A stretch of DNA of 63,859 nucleotides, counting the filler, from Collodictyon triciliatum (Eukaryota), in assembly GCA_043381765.1 (NCBI GenBank). It is 5 parts of 5 records of this genome, joined end to end, with 100 filler letters (N's around TTAATTAATTAA, not from the genome) between each part and the next. Parts side by side here need not be neighbours in the genome. Positions count along the whole stretch, not along the records: positions 1 to 20,872 come from JBHJMP010000274.1; positions 20,973 to 37,799 come from JBHJMP010000275.1; 3 more parts are not named here. One strand, written 5' to 3'. Made by a program: the position numbers and the translations under genes. A model generated the notes under the pieces. The model was not told the DNA's origin, did not search any database, and saw nothing but the letters and a program-made list of their open reading frames with translations. Below are positions 13,514-26,204 of this stretch, in pieces. Every line of letters starts with the position of its first letter. The first letter of the stretch is position 1.

Positions 13514-16500
13514 TCAGAAGAGCGACGTGACATATTCAAGGAGGACGTCGTTTGGAGATAGAGTAAAGTCGATGTGGTTCAGGTCTGGGAAGACCTGATG
13601 TAATGGATGTGATAAAATTGATAAAATTGATAAAATTGATAAAATTGATAAAATTGATAAAATTGATAAAATTGATAAAATTGATAAAATTGATAAAATT
13701 GATAAAATTGATAAAATTGATAAAATTGATAAAATTGATAAAATTGATAAAATTGATAAAATTGATAAAATTGATATAGAGATGAAAGAGATAAAAAGAG
13801 ATAAAAAGAGATAAAAAGAGATAAAAAGAGATAAAAAGAGATAAAAAGAGATAAAAAGAGATAAAAAGAGATAAAAAGAGATAAAAGAATTATGGATACC
13901 CGTAAGTGGGCCAAATCAGGCCGGTGTTCCCAAAGGGCGTTGTATTGGCGGAGGATGTTTGGGACTGGGATAAGATTGTCCGTTCCACCAGCAAGAAAGT
14001 AAACAGGGATATCCAAACTTGTGTTGGCGAAAGGAAGAGAAATTAAAAAAAAAACTCATGTTCGATTATACTTAAATTGAAAGAGAAAGGAAAAATTTTG
14101 GTTTTCAACCTTGCACGACTTTATATACATTATGAATTTCATTCATATATAAGGTTAGTCAACACCGTTTCTCGAAGGATGTAAACATTTGGGGTGGTTT
14201 ATATCAAAAGGAAAAGGAAAAGTAAAAGTAAAAGAAAAGAAAAAGGCATACAATTTGAATCTCTGCAGAATATCAGTAGGTTCGGGTGTCCCATATACTT
14301 CGATGTTTTTCTCTCTCCCATAATCAAATAACTATAATAATTTTTAATATAAAAAACACCGAAGGCGCTTCACAAGTAAAGTTACCATATTCATTCTCAT
14401 CACATACTCTGAATTTCCCAGAGCGCCAGCATTGAATTCCATGAAGCATCACATTCCTCGAAGCCCCAAAGAGACTATACCGCCGGAAGTCGATTGTTCT
14501 AACGACAGATTTCTACCATTCATTACAAAAGTTTACTATGAAGATGCCACTTTTTATTCTATTTCCACATACATTTGTTTATCAAGGCCCGGTTTGCACA
14601 TATAGAATTTCTCGACATTGACAAAGGTTTTCCTTCTATCATGACAAAGGATTATCATTTAGTTACCTTCACATCCCCACCAAAGGTAAGGGATGCGATG
14701 AAAGAAAGCAGGTCGAGCGTGGCTGTTGTGTTTTTCATATCTTGAAGAATCTTTATCGTCAATTCCTTCAAGGCCCCTTGATAATAAGTACAAAAACATA
14801 AAATAGAAAAAAAAATTAATTCTTATTCGATGCCGAAGAAAAATGTGCACTAGTTTTGATAAGAAAAAAATATGAACAAAAGATAGAGGTACCCTTTGGC
14901 AGTTTGTATGCATAAACGAATGGATTTATAACATATTGAACCGTTGACAATACAATTGATAACGAGAGTGTGACCTGGATTCGATGAATGGATGTTGAAA
15001 TTTTAAATTAAAACACAACCTCCATATTTTTTTTTTTAAAAAAAAAGGAAAGGCAAACCATATTATGACATCCTGCTGGGGAAAGTAAAATAGCTCTTGA
15101 TACGAAGTGCTTTTGCTTCTCAGTACATTTGGATGTTAGATAAAACATGAGAGATGCAGACCCAAGTGAGTGTGCAACAACAGTAATATGCAGGTCATCC
15201 ACGCTTTCTGCAAGTTCTGTATTGTTTTTTTTTTCCGATTACAGCTTTGTTTATTCATTCTCATAAACATCTTGATGCAAATTTTGATACTCGAGGCCAT
15301 CTAAGTGCTGTAAAACAGTACCGATTTCTTTCTTTCGGCATATCTCTCTAATAAATGCTGCTATATCCATCAAACCATATTCGTTTACACTAAAAGTATC
15401 GGTTTTGATAGTCGAGCATTTTAGACATTCAATTATATATTTTTTTTTACTGGCATGAGGGGAAAAAAAAGCAAAAAGGAAAAAAAAAATTCTTTACTGG
15501 CATGCATATTTTTTTTTTAAAAGTGGATACCTGAAATTCCAATATTCTCTATCCGTAATATTTCGATTTGCATGTAAACACGCACCAGCTCCTCTGATTC
15601 ATCAAGTTATAAAAATAAAAACATGCGCAACTTTAAAGCAAGGATAAGAGAAACATGAACGCACGGTTTGATGTTCAATATTTGATTGGCAACATTTCAT
15701 ATAGTATATAAAGTTTAGATCGGTAAGACAAACCGAAGGTTACCGAGATACACATCATATCCTTTGTCAAAAGCACTATAAGCAAGACCACAAACACCTC
15801 CTGAGGCGATGAAAGCACTGCTGCTGTCTAATAAACCATGCTGGAAATACATGACCCTACATCGGAATGTAATTATTATAATTGCAAGAGGTACTTTTCC
15901 TATCAATATGCAGAGAGTACTTCTTTGCATTTGGTCGTGGAATTCGTTGAAGGGTGATAATGTATCCATCCTCTAGAAGAATCATTAATTTAGACATGCA
16001 AATTTGATGCAGTATATAATTACATAGATAGCAGCCTTGAGCATGTGTACATATGATAAATGAAGAACTGAGTTGAAGAAAAGACCTGTAGTTACTTGAG
16101 ATGTTTCGTATGGATAGCCGGCACTTTCAATAACTTCTTTTGTGATGTCTGTGTATGAAATTCACACGCATTTACACGAGTAATTCTAGTTCTTAAAATA
16201 TACGAGGCATGAAGTGGGAATAAATAATGGATAAAAAAAAAAGAAAAACGAAAAAAAGAGGACTTTATTAAAAAGCATTTCTGTAATATACTGAGCGGAG
16301 TCCAAGCTCGTTGTACCTGGTTCTTCATCTGTGTTGCTCGTTTTCCACATAGAAAGTCCCGGCAATTTAAAAAGGGAAAATCCAGAACCGACATGCAGCC
16401 AAAACTCTTTGCATGAAGACCAGAGCCGACTGAAGTAACTTATTCGAACGGAGTGCGAATTCTGGTGTACGAAAAAAACGAAAAAAAAAAGCTCCTATAA

Positions 16501-17894
16501 TGATGAAGTGGTGCTAAATGAGAAACAAAACCATATTTATTGTCGACAGCGTTTCACATTATTTTGGCCGCCTTTAGGAGTTCCCAATAAACCGAAACGA
16601 ACGAAGCCTTTTATCCCGTCCACAACATGGTCAATAAATAAAAGAGTCCTTTCATGTATGTCCTATGTTGACAGCATATGTAAAATTCGGTTTAGTTCAA
16701 AATATTAAATTGTTTGATGTAATTTTCTTTATTTTTTCGGGGTTATATGGGAAAAAGCATTATTAGCTCCACGAATTGAATGGTAGGTATAAAGAGTAAT
16801 ATCCACCTCAAATAGTCCGGTAGATTGGTGCTCGTGAAAATGGACTCTTTCAAGAATAGGTTCATACACGTTCATGTAGAATTGTTCAAATAGGCGGCGA
16901 GCGATGGTTTCGTCTTCTCCGTCTAACATGAATTATATTTACAGTCTCAGGGTAAGTAATGAGGAAAAAACTAAAACGCTCAGCACTTATGCATATATAG
17001 TCACCTGATTCGTTTCTTTGTAATGTGTAAGGAAAGAAGAAAGTCCACGAATCATACAATCTTCTCATAAATGCCACAGGTTTTCTGTTTTTAAAAAAAG
17101 ATGTTGGATAATCATACGACTTAAAGTTAGTCATAAAAATAAACAATAATATTGACAAGAAATATAGAAATACGTATAGAAACAAAAACCAGCATTAACC
17201 AGCATAAAAGTGGACTAAAAATATTTTTGGACCTGAAGTAAGTGGGTTGATTTTCAACTAGCCTAGCACGTTCGCGTAGGTGGTAGTATGGTTGGTAGAA
17301 AAAGTGGAGAATAAGCGAAATGATACCGTTGAGGATTTGAGAGCCCAAAAGCCACGCTATAAGTTTCAAAGCAAATCTGAGCATTTCCCAAAAAACGAGA
17401 AACGAAAAACATAAAACATAAAACATAAAACATAAAACATAAAACATAAAACATAAAACATAAAACATAAAACATAAAACATAAAACATAAAACATAAAA
17501 CATAAAACANNNNNNNNNNNNNNNNNNNNNNNNNNNNNNNNNNNNNNNNNNNNNNNNNNNNNNNNNNNNNNNNNNNNNNNNNNNNNNNNNNNNNNNNNNN
17601 NNNNNNNNNAACATAAAACATAAAACATAAAACATAAAACATAAAACATAAAACATAAAACATAAAACATAAAACATAAAACATAAAACATAAAACATAA
17701 AACATAAAACATAAAACATAAAACATAAAAACAGTGTTGTTGCCTTAGCTTTCTTTCAAACTGTTTGAGAATTCTGATAAGCTAGTAAAAATGGAGGACA
17801 AACACTCAGTGACGACCACCTTGAGAACCTCACGGATCAAGTCCAGTGACATATCCGAAAGCGAGGCGACGGCGTCGATCACTTTGCTTCTCAT
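13514..17894 (-). CDS. Multi-exon alpha/beta-hydrolase lipase (acid lipase / steryl-ester hydrolase-like) with hydrophobic N-terminal extension
   Basis: Motifs QHGLLDSS, GYDVYLGNLR, YWNFSVNEYG, nucleophile AHSLG, LLSPAG, FDYG..N..YG, GGTDNL and NHIDF. Stop TGA at 13514-13516. Confidence 0.88.
13611..13888. repeat. Compound (GATAAAATT)n + (GATAAAAAGA)n intronic repeat
   Basis: Visible; fills the last intron of the lipase. Confidence 0.95.
17405..17731. repeat. (AAAACAT)n intronic repeat spanning a gap
   Basis: Visible 7-mer on both sides of an N run. Confidence 0.95.
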
Positions 17895-18718
17895 TCCCAC
17901 CTGGTACAGAAACCTGCTTTTGGTTAGTAAGAGACACATATAAAAAGCTCCGTTCATACTATCAGAGTCTCGCGTGCAACAAACGCAAGGTTGAGGTAGA
18001 GGAGATAGAGTAGGATATAGGAACAAACAAAAAAAAAAGTAAGAAAAGAAAGAAAAAAAGACGCTGGTTCAAGCAGGTTTAAGACATATTGCAAGCGGAT
18101 GCGATCCAAAAGTACGCAGCCCCAGACGAATGCTAAATGAATGCCGCATTCTTCCCGACTGCTTTTTGTCAATATACATTTTGTTCTGATATATATTTGG
18201 TCTCTTCTTGTTTTCTCACTTTGCCATGCGAATTGTGTTCCCAAAGAAGCCCTCCGCATTTTGGTGTAAGGTTACTTTGCACCTGTCATACTCTGGTGCG
18301 TGCTTTTCCCAGGAACTTGGTTCGATGGACACAAACAATCTTCGAATAGGGGCGTGCAAAGAGTGCATTACAGTGCGCGAAATCGATGCCTGCTAAGGTT
18401 GTTCAGCCCGGAGAAAGGGCTGGAAACGTAATCTAGTCATGGCGATTCATTCAACTATTGCTTATAGAAAAAGTAGCACGCTTTTGTTAGAGTTTATTAT
18501 GTTCGGGCACATGAAGATTGTCTGCAAGATTTCATAGCGGCAAAACTAAACCGACTTGGCCAGAGATCAAAATTGCAACAAAAGACAGAGATAGAGCGCA
18601 CGGAAAAAACACCGAGAATTTTTTTTTTAAAGAATTTGATATTATATTTATCTATATAGTTAGATAAATATAATATCAGAATTTAAATAATATAAAAAAT
18701 TCATCACAGGATGCACCG

Positions 18719-20242
18719 TCAAGAGAAATAAAATATGGCCCAAAACATAAAGGAAACACAAAAATTACTGTGTGTGAAGAGAAGTATTTTGTTGAGCGGT
18801 TTCCACGTCAATATGTCATAGTCCTTGACACGACCCTGTCGTATTTCAAGGGTAAGAGAAATGATGTCGGACAAGAGCTCGAAGATAAACTGAACAGCTA
18901 TTTGATTAATGCATTCAATGGGTGACCGAATCGGCTTGAAAGATGAACCCTTAACCAACGGGTGAACAAAATACATCAGCATAGGTGCAAGGATGATAGA
19001 GTAAACCTCAGACGCGATGCCATCGCAGAGACACTTTGCCCTGAACAAATTAGAGTCTTTAACATATTCTTCCTCTCTACTGGACAGATTTGATTCTGGT
19101 GCGATTTGGTTGCTACCTTCTGGATTAAATGATTCGTTCGTTCTTCCCGTAGGTACTAATTGGACTAGTTTCCTGGAGTTGGAAAAACGTGAGATTCTCG
19201 AGTAGGCAGCAGATGAGTAATATTGGAGTCTAAAAACGAGCCTTGTTCGATATTCGAAAGACATGGTAGCGATTATTTCAATTAGAGCAGTGGTTAAGTT
19301 TACCAGAATAAATTCGAAAGTAAGTGCGCTCTCTGTGGACAAAGTTGAGACTAAAACTCTTCCTAGCAACTGAATATAATGATTGCACATCGTGTTCACA
19401 ATAAACCTTTTCTGTATATGATCCTTGGACAAAGTGTAAATGAATTTCTTCTGGACCCAATTGGAAAAACTGAAACTCAATGGAAATATTAAGAATCGCA
19501 GGATTAGCTGAGTTGTTAATGGGGAGTTTATGTATAGAAGCAAAATGTTATGGAAAAGGAAGACAGCAAAAATATAGTGAGCAATCAATCCTTTCACTAA
19601 AGCTGACACAGAGCCGTCTTTTGTCAAAATATAATATTCTTGTTGCTCGCTGGTTGTAGTTTCAGAATTTTTCGATCTGTATATTATGTAAAATCCCAGT
19701 CCAATCCAAAACAACTGATTGATTCTCCCCACGTTCAAAGTTGCATCATTCGAACTAAGCAACACGTTTAAAATGACATCCAACAAAGAACCAGGAAGCA
19801 AAGCAAATATCACGGCATTTTTTGAAAATCGGAGGCTGAAAATCTCTTTTGCGGCCAAAATGATTGATGCCCAAAATGATAATATTCTCAGGAAGTCTTG
19901 CAGTTTTCCGTATATCACCCCTAATACGACATCAAGCAGCGCAGGGGAGAGGACGATGGATGGCAGAAAATATAACCATAGGATTAGCACGTTTGATGCG
20001 AGAACCGCTAGGATCTTTAGTAAAACTTGGATCCATACGCTACATGCTTTCTTTGTAGACTCCTTCCAGCCTGGCACACTGCTGCTGTCAGGATAGTATT
20101 TTTCTCTTTGCTGGGGCAGGTTGCTCTTGTCCTCTTTCTCCATTTGCTCCCCAACCTTTTCAGTTGCTTTTGGATTCGATTCCTCTAGCTCTGCTGTTGA
20201 CAGCCCGGAAAAGTCTGGTGGTACATCGCTTGGCTCAGACAT
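18719..20242 (-). CDS. Intronless polytopic membrane protein of unknown family (paralog B)
   Basis: 507-aa open ORF, colinear with 720-2363 (FEFILVNL..IEI, LFRAK...D.I.SE.YSII.AP, Q..FE..SD, W.P.N). Confidence 0.85.
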   Translation of the reverse strand: MSEPSDVPPDFSGLSTAELEESNPKATEKVGEQMEKEDKSNLPQQREKYYPDSSSVPGWKESTKKACSVWIQVLLKILAVLASNVLILWLYFLPSIVLSPALLDVVLGVIYGKLQDFLRILSFWASIILAAKEIFSLRFSKNAVIFALLPGSLLDVILNVLLSSNDATLNVGRINQLFWIGLGFYIIYRSKNSETTTSEQQEYYILTKDGSVSALVKGLIAHYIFAVFLFHNILLLYINSPLTTQLILRFLIFPLSFSFSNWVQKKFIYTLSKDHIQKRFIVNTMCNHYIQLLGRVLVSTLSTESALTFEFILVNLTTALIEIIATMSFEYRTRLVFRLQYYSSAAYSRISRFSNSRKLVQLVPTGRTNESFNPEGSNQIAPESNLSSREEEYVKDSNLFRAKCLCDGIASEVYSIILAPMLMYFVHPLVKGSSFKPIRSPIECINQIAVQFIFELLSDIISLTLEIRQGRVKDYDILTWKPLNKILLFTHSNFCVSFMFWAIFYFS

Positions 20243-20728
20243 CCCGCTATCTACTCGTATTTCGTTTTGTTTATTTTCCTGTTTGTGTTGCCCAAGGTAT
20301 TTGGTGGCTCCCTAAGGTTATATATAAAGGTGTAAGATGACCTTGGGGCGGAGAGTAAGAGGCAGACAACGAAGCGTATCGGCTACCCTTGCCGTCCTCT
20401 TTCCAAAAGGTGTGCCATGATATAAAAATAAGAAGACCGAAAAAAATAAAGTAAAATATGGATGGCTCATCTGTCAAAATACAAATACATAGCGAAGAGC
20501 CGAATAGAAAATGTCCTCGAATGCGCTGATCATACGCCTAAACACCAGAATTCTGAGAGTGGCTCTTGGAAAGAATCGCCTCCGATCACAACGCAATCGA
20601 AAGCATAAACCACTCAACACCAAACACCAGACGCCCGCACCAGCCGAGGATGCAGCCAAGCCCTGCCAGCACAGGTGATGATAATATGCGGCGTGAAAAG
20701 TATCTGAAGAGAACAAGAAAGGATGACA

Positions 20729-20872
20729 CAAACAAAGAAACAAAGAAACAAAGAAACAAACAAAGAAACAAAGAAACAAACAAAGAAACAAAGAAACAAA
20801 GAAACAAAGAAACAAAGAAACAAAGAAACAAAGAAACAAAGAAACAAAGAAACAAAGAAACAAAGAAACAAA
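20729..20872. repeat. (AAAGAAAC)n repeat at scaffold end
   Basis: Visible. Confidence 0.9.
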
Positions 20873-20972
20873 NNNNNNNNNNNNNNNNNNNNNNNNNNNN
20901 NNNNNNNNNNNNNNNNTTAATTAATTAANNNNNNNNNNNNNNNNNNNNNNNNNNNNNNNNNNNNNNNNNNNN
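20873..20972. other. Artificial scaffold-join spacer (N-TTAATTAATTAA-N)
   Basis: 100-nt block with a palindromic core carrying stops in all six frames; identical at four positions. Confidence 0.97.
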
Positions 20973-21100
20973 GAAAGAGAATAAAAAAAGAAAGAGAATA
21001 AAAAAAGAAAGAGAATAAAAAAAGAAAGAGAATAAAAAAAGAAAGAGAATAAAAAAAGAAAGAGAATAAAAAAAGAAAGAGAATAAAAAAAAAGAAAGAA
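20973..21100. repeat. 17-nt tandem repeat (GAAAGAGAATAAAAAAA)n
   Basis: Visible at scaffold start. Confidence 0.9.
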
Positions 21101-21339
21101 AAAGATATTTCCATCCGCCTCGGGATTCAGCGCACTGATCCTGCGCCAGTGGCATCCCTCGGCAGACAAATCAAGAGTGCGCACAAAACATACACAAACC
21201 GCTGCCATTCTTGCGCGGCGCGTATTGAGCGAGTTGGGATTGAGATTGCAAGCAGTGCTGCGATATTGAGCTACTGCAAAAGGGCGTATCTTTATGTTTG
21301 GACTCGAGACGTGGCCGGCACAGAAGACGAGCAGGGCTC

Positions 21340-24309
21340 TCAGGAGGCCGAGGAGGAAGACGGGCGCGGCTTCTTGTGAGCCGAGTGCAGGGCAATGCCC
21401 ATGGGTCTGCGCTTCATGTGCGGTCGGACAAACTGGACGGGATTGCTTGGCGTGGTCAGGCGCGGCGCATTGTCTGCGGATTCTTTGGCCTTGCCTGCCT
21501 TGTGTCCTTCCTCCTTGGTCTGTCCTCTTGCTTTTGCCTTTCTTTTCTCCTCTCCATCCCCTTCGGCTTTGCCCTCGGCCTCGCCCTGCTCCTTGCCGCT
21601 TTTGCGCTTGCGGTAGATTGGGTTGAACTTGACGCGCTTCTCGGGCTCTGCTTTGGCCGATTTGATGAAATCTGTATGTGTTTGGGTTTGGATAAAGGTT
21701 GATAAATGCTGAATTGGCTGGTGCTTCTATGCCTCCCTTTAACGAAGCTCGGTAGATGGTCGAGCGTGTTGCTCGTTCTTTTCAATTTCTGTTCTCTCTT
21801 TTGCTGTTGGCTTTGAGGTGAAATGTTATGTGATCTGTGTCGTGATTCTCACCGGCGTCGGGCTCTTCTCCAACTTCCTGTCGGTAATATTCGGCATCAT
21901 CGTCGGAATCTCCAGCGTTTCTTTTGTCACCGCCACCTCGCTTGGAAGATGCTAAAACAGTGCAAGATTTGGTACTAGGAAGGAGGGTTTCATTGCACTT
22001 CAAATTGAAATCATATGGAGCAAAGAAGAGGGGGAAAAAAAAAAACAAACAAGAAAAGAAATATGGAGTTGTTTTCAGACTCTTTTTTTTCTTCTCCTCT
22101 TGGTAACGTGGGTCACAGGTAACTACCTTCAGACAAAGCTTTGCGACGAACGTTCTCTGCTTGGATAGATTTTCTTTGTTCCTTCTCCTTTCTCCTTTTC
22201 TCCGACAAAACGCGAAGCTGGTGAACCTCATCAGAAGTTTTGTGAACTATATTATTTGCAATGTGCTCAATTTAATCAAAGAGACAATGATGTTGCTTAA
22301 TTTGTCCGATTTCCATAAGAGCAGCTTTCTTTGGAGGTTAGCATTTGTGTTTAGTGCTTACTAAATGCATGGTACATGACCTCCCCATCACTCAGCCCTT
22401 CTTCAATTTTAAGAAGCTCCAGCTTCATACGGGGGCCGATTTCTCTTGATTTTTCCAACAAAAGAAAGATTATGTGAGTAACATAATTCCATTGCAGCTC
22501 AATAATTCAATATATAGAGCTTGGGTGTGCATTATTATCCATCCTTTGACAAACTTAAGTTTGATTGCACTCAGAGACGGCCCGGAGCTTCGTTTTCTTT
22601 TTTTCGCTTGAATTTCAACCTTGTTGTCTCCAACATCCTCTGCTTCGCTATCGGACACATTGCCTTCTCTACACGTCATATGGGAATAAGGGCATTACAT
22701 TTGGGGTTGTCTGTGAGCGAGATGTGGTAAACTGGTTTTCTTGGAGTTTACATACCCTAAGATAAAGTCACTGATGTCATTCATGCTTGACAGTGTAGAT
22801 AGTTTTGAATGTGTGATGGAACGGATGGCCTTGGAGACTCCCACGCCACTAAAATATGCATAATTTCATTTATTTACTGAAACATTTGTTTGTAATTGGT
22901 ATTTTGGGGATATAATGGGTAAAAATAGGAGAATGGTTGAAGACAATCGAAAATCATCCAGGTTCACATACGTTACTTTGATGGCATAGTGCCTGAATTC
23001 AACTGTTTTAGTCTCACTGTCGTAGTTAAGCAGCAAGACACGTTTGCAGTCGGAGAGTTTCATCTGCACATATGTTAGATGAGGCCATATCAAACTTCAA
23101 TTAGGCACGCGACTTTTTTTTTTATCTTTTTCTCGATAGGATAAAGTGAAGATTACATCGAGAAAAAGAAATATGGGCCCAGCCATGCACAACGTAAACT
23201 TACGGTTTGGATATTAATGGTGGGAAATAGGTTTTGGAACATGACAGCCATCAAGCGGATGTGGTTTTCCTTGTCATTGAAATTGTTCAGGACAACCTTT
23301 CCATAATTTATATGATTTAGTCAATATAATGATAAGGAAGTGCATGGGAAAAAAAAGCTTGGCACAAAATACACAACCACACTTGGGTACGATAGGATGG
23401 TACGTGATTGGGATGGGGGGATATGTATGGTATTGCATCAAATGAGCACCAATGGGGAGTGATAGTAGTGCCCCTTCAAACAAATGGGGTTCTTTGTTAT
23501 GCGAACGACGTCGCGTATGTGTGTGTACTCCTTCACTTTGAATGTCAGTGTTGGTCCATGCGGTGCTTTCATCATACGCATGATAAGCCCAGATTCGGCC
23601 ATACTAAAGACTACAAAGTGAGTCACACCAAGTGGGCCGGCCACGTGCACAAAGTCCCGAAGGGTATTCTTTTTAGACTCCTAGATATTTATTATTTATT
23701 TTAAAAAGAAAGTGGTGATGAAACATGCTGTCTTTGTCTGTTGGCCTTACACACATATTCTCTTAATAAGTTGATTTAAAATGTAGAAGGACTGTAGAAA
23801 GATAATATTAGGTAAAGCATGACTGGAATGATGCTCTCCATATCACAGAAACATACACACACGTGTTGACCAAAACAAAAACACATTTTCTGCACGCTCA
23901 CCTGCAGCCGCACCGCAGTGTAAGGTCGCATCACGGCACGCATGTCTTGAACAAGTTGCGCGGCTGCCCGGCCGACGTTTCCTCTCTTAAAGACAAAGCT
24001 GCGCGGCGTCTTGTCATCGTCAGCCAGGATCGCGGCTCCGGTCTTGTTTGGTTTGCTGCGCTTCGACCTTGACTTGCCACCTTTCTTTGTGCGGAATCCG
24101 CTCTGCAATTCATTTTCTTCCGCTTAGACTCTTCGAAGCAGCAGGGCAAAGTCAAGTATTCTGGGAAAGAGGATGCGTGGCAGACCAAGGAGGCGAGAAG
24201 GAAGGAAACAAGGAAACATGATAATGTAAGGGTATAATAAAACAGAGTTGCTTATACTGCCTATTATTCTGGTGGTACAGACAACCTTTTTGCCGCCGGT
24301 GTTTTTCAT
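21340..24309 (-). CDS. PPAN: Peter Pan / Ssf1 Brix-domain ribosome biogenesis factor (multi-exon)
   Basis: PRSFVFKRG..LVQDMRAVMRPYTAVRL, HVAGPLGVTHF, PHGPTLTFKV, MFQNLFPTINI, CKRVLLLNYD...FRHY, EIGPRMKLELLKIEEG, and DDDAEYYRQEVGEEPD. Confidence 0.92.
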
Positions 24310-24695
24310 CAGTCTCGCTTCCTCTTTCCTGTGGCGTACTTTGCTTGCTTGTGTGTATGTGTGTGTGGGTGTGTGTGTGTGGGTGTGTGGGTATTCTCTT
24401 CCGCTCGCTTGGACTTTGCTTGCGCTGATTCATGATCGGGAAGGCCACAGTCCTTATCCGAATGTGGATTTTATATTTTTTTAATTTGTCTTCCACTCTA
24501 AAAGTCGAACAATGCCGTTTGTGCGATCCACAGCACCCACGATTAGCCATGCGATTGACGGCTCGATAACCCTGCCATTACATCTAAACTTTTTATGATA
24601 AACGCAGATGATAGCCCGCAATATTCAACTGACGACGCGGTCGTAAACACAAACACAAGAGAGGAAGATGAAAGAGAAGGTCGATTGCAACCGAG

Positions 24696-25562
24696 TCACT
24701 TTCTCGAGGTCACAACTTTCGGCTTGACATGGCTCATGGATGCATTGGCTGCGGCCTTGTGCTTCGCAGTGGCAGCTGCATTAGACGCCGATGACGCCGC
24801 CGCTTGCGAAGTGCTGGCCAACCGAGGCGACGAGTTCCACGAGTTCTTTCGATATCCTTTGCGCTGCGTTGTGTGAGGGACGGCTGCAACAAACTTCGGG
24901 TCGGGAAGCACAATATCGTGCGGAATCGACGCTTCGTCCGGTTCTGCCACGGCTGAGGCCGCCCTCTCCGGCTGGGCAGAGAAAGCCTCTTCGTTTTCGA
25001 TGTGGGGCTCAGACAATTCACGCAGCAGGTTGCGGTTGGCGTTTGGTCGGGTGTTTGGCGGCAGGGCGGTTGCTTCCGGGCCTGCTTGTCTGACAGGCTC
25101 TGTGATTTGGAATGGCGGCATCTGGGGATTGTCCTTTGGGCGAGAACTCTGCGGAGGAGACGGACAAAACTCCTTTGGAGGAATTGTAGCTGCACTCGAC
25201 TTGCGGAGGAGCTGCTGAAGCAGCAGCGGGGTGATGTCATCCAAGTCTCGGACGCTGGGGAGCTGATCCATGGGCAAGTCGGAGCCGCGGCTGAGTTGTT
25301 CCTGCACAAGCTGCTGCCATTCGTGCTGGACAGTCCATGTTGGAGTTGTGCGAGTTGTTGGAACTGGAGCCGGAGAAGGAGCAGAAGGAGCAGAAGAAGA
25401 AGGCTGCGATTCTGCCTGGGCGTTTGTCCTGTGATCGATCAGCGCGTCTTGGCGTTGCCCTTTCAGTGCCGCGGTGTTTGTTGGGTGCCTCGGCTGGCTG
25501 GTGTCTGCAACATCGACCCAGTCGGCGCTGAGGATCATCCGCTCGAGAAGCTTGGGGTCCAT
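24696..25562 (-). CDS. Intronless Pro/Ala/Ser-rich hypothetical protein
   Basis: 288-aa ORF in GC-richer DNA with an ATG after an A-rich leader; no family recognised. Confidence 0.55.
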   Translation of the reverse strand: MDPKLLERMILSADWVDVADTSQPRHPTNTAALKGQRQDALIDHRTNAQAESQPSSSAPSAPSPAPVPTTRTTPTWTVQHEWQQLVQEQLSRGSDLPMDQLPSVRDLDDITPLLLQQLLRKSSAATIPPKEFCPSPPQSSRPKDNPQMPPFQITEPVRQAGPEATALPPNTRPNANRNLLRELSEPHIENEEAFSAQPERAASAVAEPDEASIPHDIVLPDPKFVAAVPHTTQRKGYRKNSWNSSPRLASTSQAAASSASNAAATAKHKAAANASMSHVKPKVVTSRK

Positions 25563-26204
25563 GACAAGGCTCTTTCTCTTCCTTTTTCTGTTGCTTATTC
25601 TTTGTTTGCTTCTCTAGCGGGTGGGCAGTGTTTTTGATGCGGTGTTTTTGGCTTGTTGTTTGGGGCTTTCTGCTCGGAAACTGATTTTCCAGTAAATTCC
25701 ACATTTATCAGTTCGCCGCACCGTTTGGCTGTTCGGTCGGGCGAAACACAAAAGCCGATTATTTTTTTTTGGGTGTGCAAATCAAGCTCGGTGTTGGTGT
25801 ATATATATATCCGGCAGCGAGAAAAGCGGATAGCATGGCGGCATCTGAAGATGGGACAGAAATAGAGAAGCATATTTCCCTTCCATTTTCTATTGCTACT
25901 TGCCATCATGAGACATTAACATATGTTTGCTAACCGGTTTCCTCCGGCTCGTCGCTCCACTCGCTTACATAACATCTCGGGTATCTATTTAATGCTTGCT
26001 CCACATAAAGGACCACGACATCTTTTTGATAAAGTTTTTAAACTTTATATTCTCCTTTTCATTAGAAGTAATTAAGGCTGGATGCAACACTATTGAAAGA
26101 CTCCCCTTCATGACGGTGTCATCTTTCCATTTTTCTCTTCTATCAGGCTCTACATAATAGCAAACAAATTGAACTGTATAGCATCTCGGAATCACATCAG
26201 AACG

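Noticed and set aside
17745-17810. Apparent in-frame TAA in lipase exon 1 suggesting an alternative genetic code
   Set aside because: An upstream phase-2 donor (GA|GTGTTT) removes it. TAA, TAG and TGA all act as normal stops (aconitase, centrin, BRSK).
20917-20928. Recurrent palindrome TTAATTAATTAA (also 37844, 51218, 60699) as a biological motif
   Set aside because: Always centred in identical N padding with stops in all frames; it is a contig-concatenation linker.
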